Virus record (IMG/VR): IMGVR_UViG_3300006922_000026
Coordinates: 1 to 56,304 of that record
Source of the DNA: a virus
Taxonomy: Duplodnaviria; Caudoviricetes
Direction: 5' to 3' (one strand)
Length of the DNA stretch: 56,304 bases
Shown: in pieces, positions 46,439-55,072 of the stretch
Numbering within the stretch: position 1 is the first letter of the stretch
Layout of the letters: each line of letters starts with the position of its first letter
Notes under the pieces: generated by a model
The model's database searches: none
Seen by the model: the letters and a program-made list of their open reading frames with translations, nothing else
Told to the model about the DNA's origin: nothing
Program-made: the position numbers and the translations under genes

Positions 46439-46996
46439 TTATCTCCTATTATATTCTATATCGTAAACGACAGTACGTCTGATACTGTCTGTAGGATACA
46501 CTCCGTGCCACACTCTTCCATCAAGGCAAACTACTCCGCCTTCAACACTTGGAAAATGATTTGGGTGTTGGTATCCATCTGGTTCTGGCATTATTGTAAA
46601 TAGCATTCCGTTAAACTTGTTCTTTGTATTATGTAAAATTGGAACATCATCTAAATGTACAACGGCACTAAAAGTATTTTTCTTCAAGTCACCTTGGTGT
46701 ACATGAAGTCCTTGGTATCCACCTTTTTGATAATAGATGATCCAAGACTCAATAAGTTTAAAATCAGTAAAGTCTTTGAATGCAAGTTGTTGCTCAAGCC
46801 AATCAAAAAATCTTTGTTGTATTCTTTGGTAGTCTTGATTATCTTTTGGTATGTAGATTTGCTCGCCGTCTACTGTTGTCGTGCCAGTGCTTTCATCATC
46901 TGCAATGATGTTATCAAATAGAGTTTCAAACTCTTTATATTGAGGATAACGTGAATGCCATATCCACTGATCTGCGACTTCTTTATAGTTTTCCAT
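46439..46996 (-). CDS. 2OG-Fe(II) oxygenase-like protein
   Basis: SW..Y...YQGLHVH...WHGVYP...RR. Confidence 0.75.
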   Translation of the reverse strand: MENYKEVADQWIWHSRYPQYKEFETLFDNIIADDESTGTTTVDGEQIYIPKDNQDYQRIQQRFFDWLEQQLAFKDFTDFKLIESWIIYYQKGGYQGLHVHQGDLKKNTFSAVVHLDDVPILHNTKNKFNGMLFTIMPEPDGYQHPNHFPSVEGGVVCLDGRVWHGVYPTDSIRRTVVYDIEYNRR

Positions 46997-47019
46997 TTCA
47001 AACCTTTAATGTACTGTAC

Positions 47020-47048
47020 ATTATACAGTACTTACGTTACGAAGTCAA
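47020..47048 (-). promoter_or_regulatory. Sigma70-type promoter
   Basis: TTGACT-17 nt-TATAAT. Confidence 0.7.
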
Positions 47049-47067
47049 GTGTTTTTTTATATGTGGA

Positions 47068-47376
47068 TTATTGCATTGCATTAGACGTTGCACTTTGAGC
47101 CATTTGGTCAACTGTGTCATCGCCTTGTGCTGGGGGAGTTACTTCTTCGCCGCCTTTTAGTACGATACCTTCTGGATCAAAACTTGCTACGAGGTTTTTA
47201 ACTACTGGATCTTGATCGTACACTGCTTTGAAAGTTTCTTGATCGTGTTGTTCGCCACCCATGTTATCCATGAATGCATTTAACTCATCCCAAGAAACTT
47301 TCTCAGTTTTGTTTTTTACAAGTAAATTTAAGATTTTCGTTAGATTGGGTGAAGCCGACTCAATTACTTTTTTTTT
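47068..47376 (-). CDS. Probable -1 frameshift C-terminal extension of the 47364..48140 protein
   Basis: Frame open from A AAA AAG site to 47068, with no ATG/GTG/TTG for the first ~35 codons. Confidence 0.65.
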   Translation of the reverse strand, partial: KKKVIESASPNLTKILNLLVKNKTEKVSWDELNAFMDNMGGEQHDQETFKAVYDQDPVVKNLVASFDPEGIVLKGGEEVTPPAQGDDTVDQMAQSATSNAMQ

Positions 47377-48140
47377 GAGTCAGTGCCTCCAAGTAAAGTA
47401 CCAATGCGTCTTGATCGTTCAATTGACTCACGTGTGGCTCTGCCGGCTTCTTCTTCGCCGCCTGTTGCTGGCTCTGCCGCCGCAAACTCATCTTCGCCTT
47501 CCGCTGGTGCTTCTGCATCTGCGTCAACTGTTGGTTCCATTTCTGGATCTTCTTCTGCTGGTGCTTCATCGCCCATTGTCTCTGGGGCACCCTCGCCTGT
47601 CAGTACGGCTACGCCGCCTGTTAATGCATCTCGTGTAGTTTCGAGTGTAGTGAATAAAGCCTCAAGTGCAGGTTTAACTGTACCTATAAATGCTTCTGAT
47701 TGCTCAGAACCCATTTCGTCTCTAATTTTGTCGCCTATTTCAAGCATTGATTCTGTTTGCATTTCTGCTGTGTCTTCCATCCAGCCTGTAACTCTATCAA
47801 CCATGTCCTTTGCGGCCATAACCAATGTTGCTTCTTCTTCAGCGCCTTCTGTAATTGGTGTTTCTGTTTCTATGTCGCCTTCAACAATATGAGCTCTTTC
47901 GTCAATTGCCTGATTAATAACTTTTAAGAACATATTTTTCTTTTGGTAATCTGTGTTACCTACTGCATCAAATGATTCGTTAGTTTCGATATCGTGTAAT
48001 GCTGTACGCAATTTGTTTCTTGCGTCCATCAACTGATCTGTTGAAAATTTATCTACGTCTATTGTTTCCCCGAATCTTTTGTCCAAGCTCTCATTAAGGC
48101 TCTTTACTGTGATCGGTTTATTAAAATGGCTTATTCTCAT
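47364..48140 (-). CDS. Acidic late (probable virion/assembly) protein
   Basis: 258 aa with acidic linker; late promoter upstream; ends at A AAA AAG TAA. Confidence 0.85.
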   Translation of the reverse strand: MRISHFNKPITVKSLNESLDKRFGETIDVDKFSTDQLMDARNKLRTALHDIETNESFDAVGNTDYQKKNMFLKVINQAIDERAHIVEGDIETETPITEGAEEEATLVMAAKDMVDRVTGWMEDTAEMQTESMLEIGDKIRDEMGSEQSEAFIGTVKPALEALFTTLETTRDALTGGVAVLTGEGAPETMGDEAPAEEDPEMEPTVDADAEAPAEGEDEFAAAEPATGGEEEAGRATRESIERSRRIGTLLGGTDSKKK

Positions 48141-48162
48141 TGTTTGTTCCCTTTAACTACAT

Positions 48163-48594
48163 TTATTTATCAAAAAGATAGTTCTCAATCTGATCCCTGA
48201 TACGCATACATTCGTCTATTGCAATCTCAAATCTCATCTGCGCCGAATCTGCACGTACTTCGTCTTTTGAATGCTCTACAGTGTACTTATAAAATATTGC
48301 ATCGTTATAGTATTTACTCAATTTCTCCTCTAAACGTCTTATATCTGTCACGGCATAGTCTAAACCGTGTGCTGTGCAATGTGCAACGGCTAACGCTGTG
48401 GTTTTAGACGGGGTAAAAATGACATGCTGTTTATCTATAAGATTGAATACGTGATATCCTTTGCCGTTTTTACGCATAACAACATTCTTAATGCGTATGC
48501 TATTACCTTTTTTATATGGCACTGGATACTCGGCCAGTCCAGCCTCCATAATCTCATTTAAGGTTTTTATTATCTCAGGATTTGTATGCTTCAT
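48163..48594 (-). CDS. Hypothetical protein
   Basis: KGNSIRIK...YYNDAIFY; start tentatively ATG 48594. Confidence 0.7.
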   Translation of the reverse strand: MKHTNPEIIKTLNEIMEAGLAEYPVPYKKGNSIRIKNVVMRKNGKGYHVFNLIDKQHVIFTPSKTTALAVAHCTAHGLDYAVTDIRRLEEKLSKYYNDAIFYKYTVEHSKDEVRADSAQMRFEIAIDECMRIRDQIENYLFDK

Positions 48595-48793
48595 TTGCCA
48601 TAACCAGTACATTACCATTTTTAACTACTTTACTTACTAAGGCCTTACGAATAAGCGATTCAATAACGAATTGCTCTCTTGGCGTATAAGCATGAATAGG
48701 AGTCAAAGACTCCGTAGACATTTGGTTCAATACTTCTGATTCCTCATTGCTCATTGCTATAGTAAATGTTTGTAATAGTTCACGAAGTTTCAT
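48575..48793 (-). CDS. Small hypothetical late protein
   Basis: MKLRELL...SNEE...REQ...LIRK. Confidence 0.7.
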   Translation of the reverse strand: MKLRELLQTFTIAMSNEESEVLNQMSTESLTPIHAYTPREQFVIESLIRKALVSKVVKNGNVLVMANEAYKS

Positions 48794-48795
48794 TG

Positions 48796-49329
48796 TTATC
48801 CTGTAGTCATCTGTTTGATAATTGGATCCAAATCTTTCTTAACATGAACTGTTTTGATTGGTTCGCCTGGTTTGGCTTTTGGGTTCTTGAGTGTTACCTC
48901 ATTACCCTTAACGGCATCTATTTCAAAATCTTGTTGCTGTCCTTGTGCATCTGGCATCGGAAGTACTGCTCCCGGTTTTAATACTGCCTGTGCCATCTTT
49001 CCAGCAACTGCCCCTTGTGCTTTGTTCAATGCCTTAGTTGCAAGTTTTTGTGCGGCGCCTTTAGCACCTTTCGCGGCAACCTGACCCATCTTTTGTCCAA
49101 CTCGTCCAGCGGCTTTTACACCTGCCTTCGCGACTGCACCTGCACCTTTGGCCGCCATCTTGCCCGCGGCCGCGGCACCTTTCATTGCTAACTTGCCTGC
49201 CGCACCTGCGACTGCACCTAACATTGCTGGGATTGCCTCGTTAATTTGTTCTTCTGTGTAATGAGGATACTTCTCTGCAATAATTTCTCTTGCACGTTGT
49301 TCAGTAATTGTAAACTCGTTATATCTCAT
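48796..49329 (-). CDS. Ala/Gly/Lys-rich late protein
   Basis: MRYNEFTITE; AGK-rich amphipathic segment. Confidence 0.75.
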   Translation of the reverse strand: MRYNEFTITEQRAREIIAEKYPHYTEEQINEAIPAMLGAVAGAAGKLAMKGAAAAGKMAAKGAGAVAKAGVKAAGRVGQKMGQVAAKGAKGAAQKLATKALNKAQGAVAGKMAQAVLKPGAVLPMPDAQGQQQDFEIDAVKGNEVTLKNPKAKPGEPIKTVHVKKDLDPIIKQMTTG

Positions 49330-49658
49330 TATCTTGACCTTTTTCTACTTCTTGTTTTAGGTCGAATATTTTTTAAGTTACGTCTACCTGACTTATTAAT
49401 TCTGGTAATACGTTGTGAAATACCGCCTGCTCTTTTTCTACGTGCTGATGCAATCTTCATTGCACTGCCACGTCTTGCCTTTGCTCTCTTTATGTTAATC
49501 GAACTTTGTACTCTTTTAGGTTTGTTACATGTTTCTGGCTTTGCAACAATACGTCCTTTACGTGTGCCACTTGTGCATCTGTATTTACGTACAATCTTGC
49601 CACCACGTCGTCCTGCAATCTGTAACGCACCCTCAGTAATTATCTCATTAACAATCAT
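49329..49658 (-). CDS. Very basic protein (paralog 1)
   Basis: RRGGKIVRKYRCTSGTRKGRIV..PETC. Confidence 0.8.
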   Translation of the reverse strand: MIVNEIITEGALQIAGRRGGKIVRKYRCTSGTRKGRIVAKPETCNKPKRVQSSINIKRAKARRGSAMKIASARRKRAGGISQRITRINKSGRRNLKNIRPKTRSRKRSR

Positions 49659-49984
49659 TTCGGTCTCTTCTTAATGTTTACACGTTTGCTTGGGTATTTA
49701 AACCCTGCTCCAGACCTGTTCATAGTTCTTACTCTGATACTTGCTGGATTAGTACGTTTAGTTCTTCTTGCCTTACGTGCCATTCTTGCTCCAAGTCTGG
49801 CTCGTGTTTTCTTCATGCGTATCTTTGCTTTGATATTAGGTGCCGCAAAGCATTGTCCTATCTTAGATACAATACGACCTTTGCGGTGCCCTGTAGTACA
49901 ACGATACTTGCGGACTACTTTCTTTCCAGAACGTGCCCATATCTGTTTTTCTACAAGAGATGTGATAATATCTTCTACTAACAT
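49655..49984 (-). CDS. Very basic protein (paralog 2)
   Basis: RSGKKVVRKYRCTTGHRKGRIV..IGQC. Confidence 0.8.
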   Translation of the reverse strand: MLVEDIITSLVEKQIWARSGKKVVRKYRCTTGHRKGRIVSKIGQCFAAPNIKAKIRMKKTRARLGARMARKARRTKRTNPASIRVRTMNRSGAGFKYPSKRVNIKKRPK

Positions 49985-50010
49985 AACACTTGTATTTAGT
50001 GTCTAAAGGA

Positions 50011-50247
50011 TTAGTTGAAGTTAATAAGGATGACTACGATAGTGGATAGTAGGCCAGCAACAATAGTGCCTGATGCGCCAACAATTACTTTAACCATTGA
50101 CTTGTTGCCGTTTGTGATATCAACATGGATGGCTGAAACTTTTTCCTCGATGGATTTCATACGTCCTTCGAGTGAGTTGTATCTTTGTTCACACAAGTCT
50201 ACGTGTGCTTCTAAGTTTTCTTTTTCTAAGTTAGTGGCTCTTGCCAT
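50011..50247 (-). CDS. Coiled-coil plus C-terminal TM protein (holin-like)
   Basis: EKENLEAHVDLCEQRY..LE...TM; GGAG RBS. Confidence 0.7.
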   Translation of the reverse strand: MARATNLEKENLEAHVDLCEQRYNSLEGRMKSIEEKVSAIHVDITNGNKSMVKVIVGASGTIVAGLLSTIVVILINFN

Positions 50248-50339
50248 CTGTTCTCTCCATTGCGTGTTTAATCGTGCAAGGGGCCTATTGTGTACCTATT
50301 CGAGATGTAATGTTTGCCTATACAATATTTATACTTCTT

Positions 50340-50747
50340 TTACTCTGCATTCTCTGGTAAGATAAAGATTATATTACACTTCTTCTTACTCTTTGTTCTA
50401 AATGCTTTGTTATCAGTATTTATCGTTTCTGTAAGGTTAGCAATGACAGGGACCAAATCAAAATCTTCTTTGAGTGTTTTTAGATCTGCTCCGGCAACTG
50501 CTGTTTCAACTTCAAACTCAAAGTCCCACACCTTGTGTGTTCCTTTAAAATCAGTACCAAATACCCCAGTCACGTCTTGTTCAGAACATAGTGGACTTAC
50601 ATCGTAGTACGGATTGAAACGCATACTCAAACAGTTAAAGAAACTTGCAAAATTGGCTTGTTGGAAAATCAACTGCTTGTCTACTTCGTTGTGCTTATGC
50701 TTTCTTGTTTCAGTAATATCTATTAATGTTCTGATTGTGACTTTCAT
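50340..50747 (-). CDS. Hypothetical late protein
   Basis: TLIDITET...QQANF...W.FEFEVE...VPVI..L.ET; start revised to ATG 50747. Confidence 0.75.
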   Translation of the reverse strand: MKVTIRTLIDITETRKHKHNEVDKQLIFQQANFASFFNCLSMRFNPYYDVSPLCSEQDVTGVFGTDFKGTHKVWDFEFEVETAVAGADLKTLKEDFDLVPVIANLTETINTDNKAFRTKSKKKCNIIFILPENAE

Positions 50748-50766
50748 AGTATTACTTATAGTCATG

Positions 50767-50798
50767 AAAAAAGGGCCCAGTAAAAACTGAGCCCTTTT
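50767..50798 (-). terminator. Intrinsic terminator
   Basis: AAAAGGGCTCAG/CTGGGCCCTTTT stem plus T-tract. Confidence 0.8.
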
Positions 50799-50824
50799 AA
50801 AACTTCGTATTAGTTAAAAACTAA

Positions 50825-51169
50825 TTACGCAGGGTTTTGGTCAAAGTCTGCAAGTAAAGACGATGTTACACCAGTTGAACCTGTTCCAAAGTTTGCCGCC
50901 GCAGTAAATGCGCCTGTACCTTGTAGTACAACTTGTACATCATCAGTAGTTCCACTTGTGAAAACACCTGATTCAGTTAAACATGAAACACCAGCGATTG
51001 TGTGTGCATCGTTAGTTCCAGCAACATCACCTGCCGCTAAGTAATCTAAAGCCGCATGTAATTCTGCTTCAGTCATGTTTGATTTTGCAAGATTGATAAT
51101 TCTTGTTCTTCCGCCTAAACCGTTGCCTGATGCTACGATTCCGCCGTTTCCTTGTGCTATTCCAGCCAT
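50825..51169 (-). CDS. Small Gly/Ala-rich probable virion protein
   Basis: Own late promoter, AGGAG RBS and terminator. Confidence 0.75.
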   Translation of the reverse strand: MAGIAQGNGGIVASGNGLGGRTRIINLAKSNMTEAELHAALDYLAAGDVAGTNDAHTIAGVSCLTESGVFTSGTTDDVQVVLQGTGAFTAAANFGTGSTGVTSSLLADFDQNPA

Positions 51170-51251
51170 TTTATTTCTCCTATGTTTAAAATAGAGATTC
51201 TATTCTCTCTTAAATGACATCTTCATTACTCTATGAAGTTGTTACATGTAT

Positions 51252-52139
51252 TTAGTCTTTTTTGGAAGTTTGGCTCTGTAATGCACGTCTTTCGAGTGCT
51301 TTTAGCATGGAAATAAAGGCAGGACCTGCTTTTACTATGTTATCTATAGATTTAATGGCAGGCATATATGCTTTTACCATCTGTGGTGGAATAGGCTTGC
51401 CGTCTTTAGCAAGTTCAATAAACTTCTTGGCAAGCATTAAATTCTTAGTACCAAGTAAGTATCTGTAGAAGCCTAAGTCTTTAGCAGTTACACTTATGTC
51501 TGCTATTGAAACAGTTGGCTCTGGGTCTCTAACCTTAGCAGTTTCAAGATCTCTTACTGCCGCTAATGCTTCTAAGTGTTCAATGATGTCACTGCTTCTT
51601 AGTTTAGCTCTAACAGCATACAACAAACGTGTAACAGTTTTCTTTTTGTCTGCTGTTGCTAATCTGTCTAAGTTAAAAATATTTCTACGTACTGCTTTGT
51701 AGTCTGTGTTGGCAATGTGTAATGCACTTTCAATATCTAAAAATACTTTCTGATCATTGATTGTACTTGTTCTACCTGATGACAATGCAATAAGATATCT
51801 ATTGAATGCCATAGCAGGTAAAGTAGTTCGTGTACGCATTTTCAATGCCGCTTTAGGATCTTTTAGTTTTTCTAAAGCCGTTGTGTCACCTTGTACAAAG
51901 TATGCAAAGTTATATAAATCTGTTGCATACATTCTAAAGTGTTTGTAACTATCTCTGTCTGTGGTCTTCTTAGCATAACCGTGAGCAACAGGAGCAAACT
52001 GTGGATACCTTCTAAGCAACTCAAGGGTGAGCATAGTAAGGTATAGCCGCTCACAACAATCTGTGTATGTTAGTACACGTTGATTGCCGCTGTCGCGAGT
52101 CATTCTCGCTTCGTGCAGTTCTGTTAAGAAATCCATCAT
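51252..52139 (-). CDS. Hypothetical late protein
   Basis: 295 aa; MDFLTELHEARM start. Confidence 0.8.
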   Translation of the reverse strand: MMDFLTELHEARMTRDSGNQRVLTYTDCCERLYLTMLTLELLRRYPQFAPVAHGYAKKTTDRDSYKHFRMYATDLYNFAYFVQGDTTALEKLKDPKAALKMRTRTTLPAMAFNRYLIALSSGRTSTINDQKVFLDIESALHIANTDYKAVRRNIFNLDRLATADKKKTVTRLLYAVRAKLRSSDIIEHLEALAAVRDLETAKVRDPEPTVSIADISVTAKDLGFYRYLLGTKNLMLAKKFIELAKDGKPIPPQMVKAYMPAIKSIDNIVKAGPAFISMLKALERRALQSQTSKKD

Positions 52140-52579
52140 TAACTGTAGTTACTCTTCTCTGGTGCGTCTAAGTCGCCTTTAACGTACTTGTTCAAGAACG
52201 CTTTAATCATATCATCGTTGTCACCTGCTGATAACATCATTTTAAGTGTTTCAGACTGTTGAATGTCTTGTGTAAACTGACGCTTAATGTCTGGCTTAAC
52301 TTTGTCTGTTGTTAGTAACATTTTAATTGTAGCCGCTTGTGACGGATTACATTTGTGTTCTTTACCATCGTCACTAACACAAGTTGTTACTGGCTTTGGA
52401 TTGCCTCTACTGTCAAGTACTTTGCCTACTTGTACAATCATTGGCTGTTGTTTAAATCCAGGTGCTAAATCTGCTTCATCATCATCTGCTTTATCAGGCT
52501 CACCACCAAGACCTAAGTCTCTCATATCGTCGTCGATTTCGTGCATTTTCACGTCATCTAACATTTCTTTAAGTTTCAT
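52139..52579 (-). CDS. Hypothetical late protein
   Basis: 146 aa; AGGAG RBS. Confidence 0.75.
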   Translation of the reverse strand: MKLKEMLDDVKMHEIDDDMRDLGLGGEPDKADDDEADLAPGFKQQPMIVQVGKVLDSRGNPKPVTTCVSDDGKEHKCNPSQAATIKMLLTTDKVKPDIKRQFTQDIQQSETLKMMLSAGDNDDMIKAFLNKYVKGDLDAPEKSNYS

Positions 52580-52590
52580 AGTCTTTGCTC

Positions 52591-54321
52591 CTATCGTTGT
52601 ATAGATCTATTTGCCGCTGTAAATCCACCCTTGCCGCGGTTAACAAGTTTCATATCACCATCTGGGTCTGCTAAGACATAACCTTCACCACCCGGTTGCC
52701 CGTTAATGGTTGCTTTTACATCTGCATCTTGATTGTTCAGTTGATCGATAATATTATTCTTTACACTCATAATGCCGTTTACGGTATCCCATATAGCACT
52801 GAATGTTTTTACGTTTTGATTAACATACTCTTGGATCTTTCTTTGCTTGTTAGCACTGACCTTAGAGTCGCCTAACCATTTAAGAAAGTCTCTTCCTAAC
52901 TTGTCTAATCCACTGTCCACTTTTTGATTTATGTAAGTGTACAATATATTGGAAAAGTCAGAGACCTGCATCTGTTTAAGTTTTGCCTTGTCAAGGAAAC
53001 TGTCAATTGCACTACTGTTAGATGATATCAAAGCCTCTAACTTCCCAATGTTACTTTCGTCAACACTTGGTGTTTCCGAAACTGTTACTGGAGGAATAAC
53101 AAGTAACTCATTACCCTCCATAATGTCAAAGTCCTTAAATGGTTGTTCGTTACCATCCTTGTCAATGACTCTGTGAACTACTACCCCCATCTTACTCATG
53201 TTAATTTTCTTACCTAAATCACTATCTGTCTTAACTGTGTACTGTACAATGTTAGGCTTGAAGTGATACATATCTTGTTCTTGTTGTGGCTCATGGAAAT
53301 AAAGCATGTCACCTTTGAAGTAACCTCTAAAGCCTTTAGGCGTAGCCTTTTCCATAATGCCAAAAGCATTTTTCATGTTAGCACCTAAGGCCTTAAATCC
53401 TTTTGGATCCCTTTGTGCTCCGGGACGCTTAAGAAACATCTTCTCAAGGTCATCTCCGTTCTTTGCTCGTCCATCATATCCTTTTGCGACAAAGCCACCT
53501 TTGTCTGTGAGCATGAACTCTCCGTTCTCATCGCGGCCGAATATGACTGCTGGAGATCCGTCCCATTTAATCTGTACATCATCTTTGCTACTTGCCATGC
53601 TTTTGATCTTTGCTAATGCTCTCTTTGCACCAGCACTGCCATTAAAGATAACTTCATCTTCAATGTGTTGAATACGTGCATCTAAACCTTCGTTAACTGT
53701 TCTTGAACTACCTGTTGCGGCATTGAATCCTTTGATGCCACTATCTCTATCTAATGACTTACCTTTTTGCTTTGACGTTGTAACTGGATGCCACTTTGAA
53801 GACCTCTCGTCCCATTGGTATAACAAATTAGATTTAGTATCAACAAAACTTGCGTTGTTGCCTACTAAGTCTTTAGCGTGTTTGATTGGCTCATCTATAT
53901 ATTTCTTTTTCTTTTCTGCTTCTGGTTGATCTTTTTTAGGTTCTTCTTTTGCTTTAGGATCTGCTTTTGCTTTTGCACCTTTGTCATCATCTGCATCTAC
54001 ATCAACAGGTTCTGCTATTGGAGTGCCGGCTGTCTTTGCAAGGTCTACTGCTTGTTTACCTGTGCCTGCTATTCCTTTGAGAGCACCTAAGACTGATCCG
54101 TCTCCGCCTGCTTGTGCTTGTTGTTGCTTGACTGCATCGTATCCTGCTTTGAAGTTACCAACTGTTTTATCTTTAACATCTTTAGCCGCTTTGGCAATAC
54201 CCATAGTGGAAGGATCCATCTTCTTGGTCTGCTTAACGTTTGTACCTGAGATAGGTGCATCAGGCTCTTTAGTGTCTGCTTTTGCTTTAGGTGCTTCTGT
54301 TTTAAAATCTCTAAACTTCAT
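52591..54321 (-). CDS. DUF6267-like protein with ligase-type nucleotidyltransferase motifs
   Basis: RIQHIED, KWDGSPA (motif I), FKGD, EGYV (IV), KLVNR (V); low-complexity N-terminus. Confidence 0.75.
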   Translation of the reverse strand: MKFRDFKTEAPKAKADTKEPDAPISGTNVKQTKKMDPSTMGIAKAAKDVKDKTVGNFKAGYDAVKQQQAQAGGDGSVLGALKGIAGTGKQAVDLAKTAGTPIAEPVDVDADDDKGAKAKADPKAKEEPKKDQPEAEKKKKYIDEPIKHAKDLVGNNASFVDTKSNLLYQWDERSSKWHPVTTSKQKGKSLDRDSGIKGFNAATGSSRTVNEGLDARIQHIEDEVIFNGSAGAKRALAKIKSMASSKDDVQIKWDGSPAVIFGRDENGEFMLTDKGGFVAKGYDGRAKNGDDLEKMFLKRPGAQRDPKGFKALGANMKNAFGIMEKATPKGFRGYFKGDMLYFHEPQQEQDMYHFKPNIVQYTVKTDSDLGKKINMSKMGVVVHRVIDKDGNEQPFKDFDIMEGNELLVIPPVTVSETPSVDESNIGKLEALISSNSSAIDSFLDKAKLKQMQVSDFSNILYTYINQKVDSGLDKLGRDFLKWLGDSKVSANKQRKIQEYVNQNVKTFSAIWDTVNGIMSVKNNIIDQLNNQDADVKATINGQPGGEGYVLADPDGDMKLVNRGKGGFTAANRSIQR

Positions 54322-55072
54322 TTAGTTTGTCCAATGTATCTCTAAACCATTCACGTCCTTCTAACGCAACTGATTCTGGTAGTTTTAATCCGTCCTTCTC
54401 AAAATACTTTGCGGCGTCTGCCGTCATTGCATCATAGTTAGGATCGCTTTTAATTTTAGCAACGATAGTGTCAACACTATCTAAGTCTGACCCTTTAGCA
54501 CTGTCACCTAAAAGATACTGTGCAATCTCGTCTGGGTCTTTTGAAACTGTTTTATTATTAATTCTATCAACAAGTCCTGTTTGACTGTTAAACTTGTAAC
54601 CATGAAACTTTGCAACACTGGAAATTAAGATTGCTCTATGTACACCTTTATACTTTGTGTCGTCGCCATAACCTTTTAGTGCGAACTTCATAAACTCTGG
54701 CTCGCCAAACATTAAATCTAATTGTACAAAGCCATTTGATTCTTTACCATTGATAGGTGCTTTGAAGTGTACATTAATACCTGACTTGGCTACCCACTGT
54801 CTTGGTGCATCATCTGGATGGTTCTTTGTTACCCATGCCATTAGTTTCTTTTCAACTGTTGCTTTGTCGTATTCGTCTTTGTCAACGGCAACATCTAAGT
54901 CACCACTTGAACTTTTAATTCCTGTTGACCCTAACTTCATGTTGACATGGTCCATGCCAGTAATCTTTTCAATCCACTGTAACGTTGGGTCTACGTCTGC
55001 TTGTTGAATACGTTGTGTAGTTGCATCGCCGTTTTCATCTTTGAATACGTTGCCACCTTCATTAAGAATCAT
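54311..55072 (-). CDS. Pol-beta-like nucleotidyltransferase
   Basis: LGSTG..SSGDLDVAV and third Asp in VQLDLM; start revised to ATG 55072 (MILNEGGNVF). Confidence 0.75.
   Translation of the reverse strand: MILNEGGNVFKDENGDATTQRIQQADVDPTLQWIEKITGMDHVNMKLGSTGIKSSSGDLDVAVDKDEYDKATVEKKLMAWVTKNHPDDAPRQWVAKSGINVHFKAPINGKESNGFVQLDLMFGEPEFMKFALKGYGDDTKYKGVHRAILISSVAKFHGYKFNSQTGLVDRINNKTVSKDPDEIAQYLLGDSAKGSDLDSVDTIVAKIKSDPNYDAMTADAAKYFEKDGLKLPESVALEGREWFRDTLDKLNEV

Noticed and set aside
47360-47590. 76 aa alternative-frame ORF overlapping the frameshift gene
   Set aside because: Q/K/R-rich artefact of GAA/GCA codon repeats in the main frame; it stops right after the slippery site
318-55007. Numerous plus-strand ORFs of 60-180 aa in the ORF track (e.g. 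20583..21134, 47383..47892, 49246..49674)
   Set aside because: Antisense shadows of well-supported minus-strand genes; no RBS or recognisable motifs
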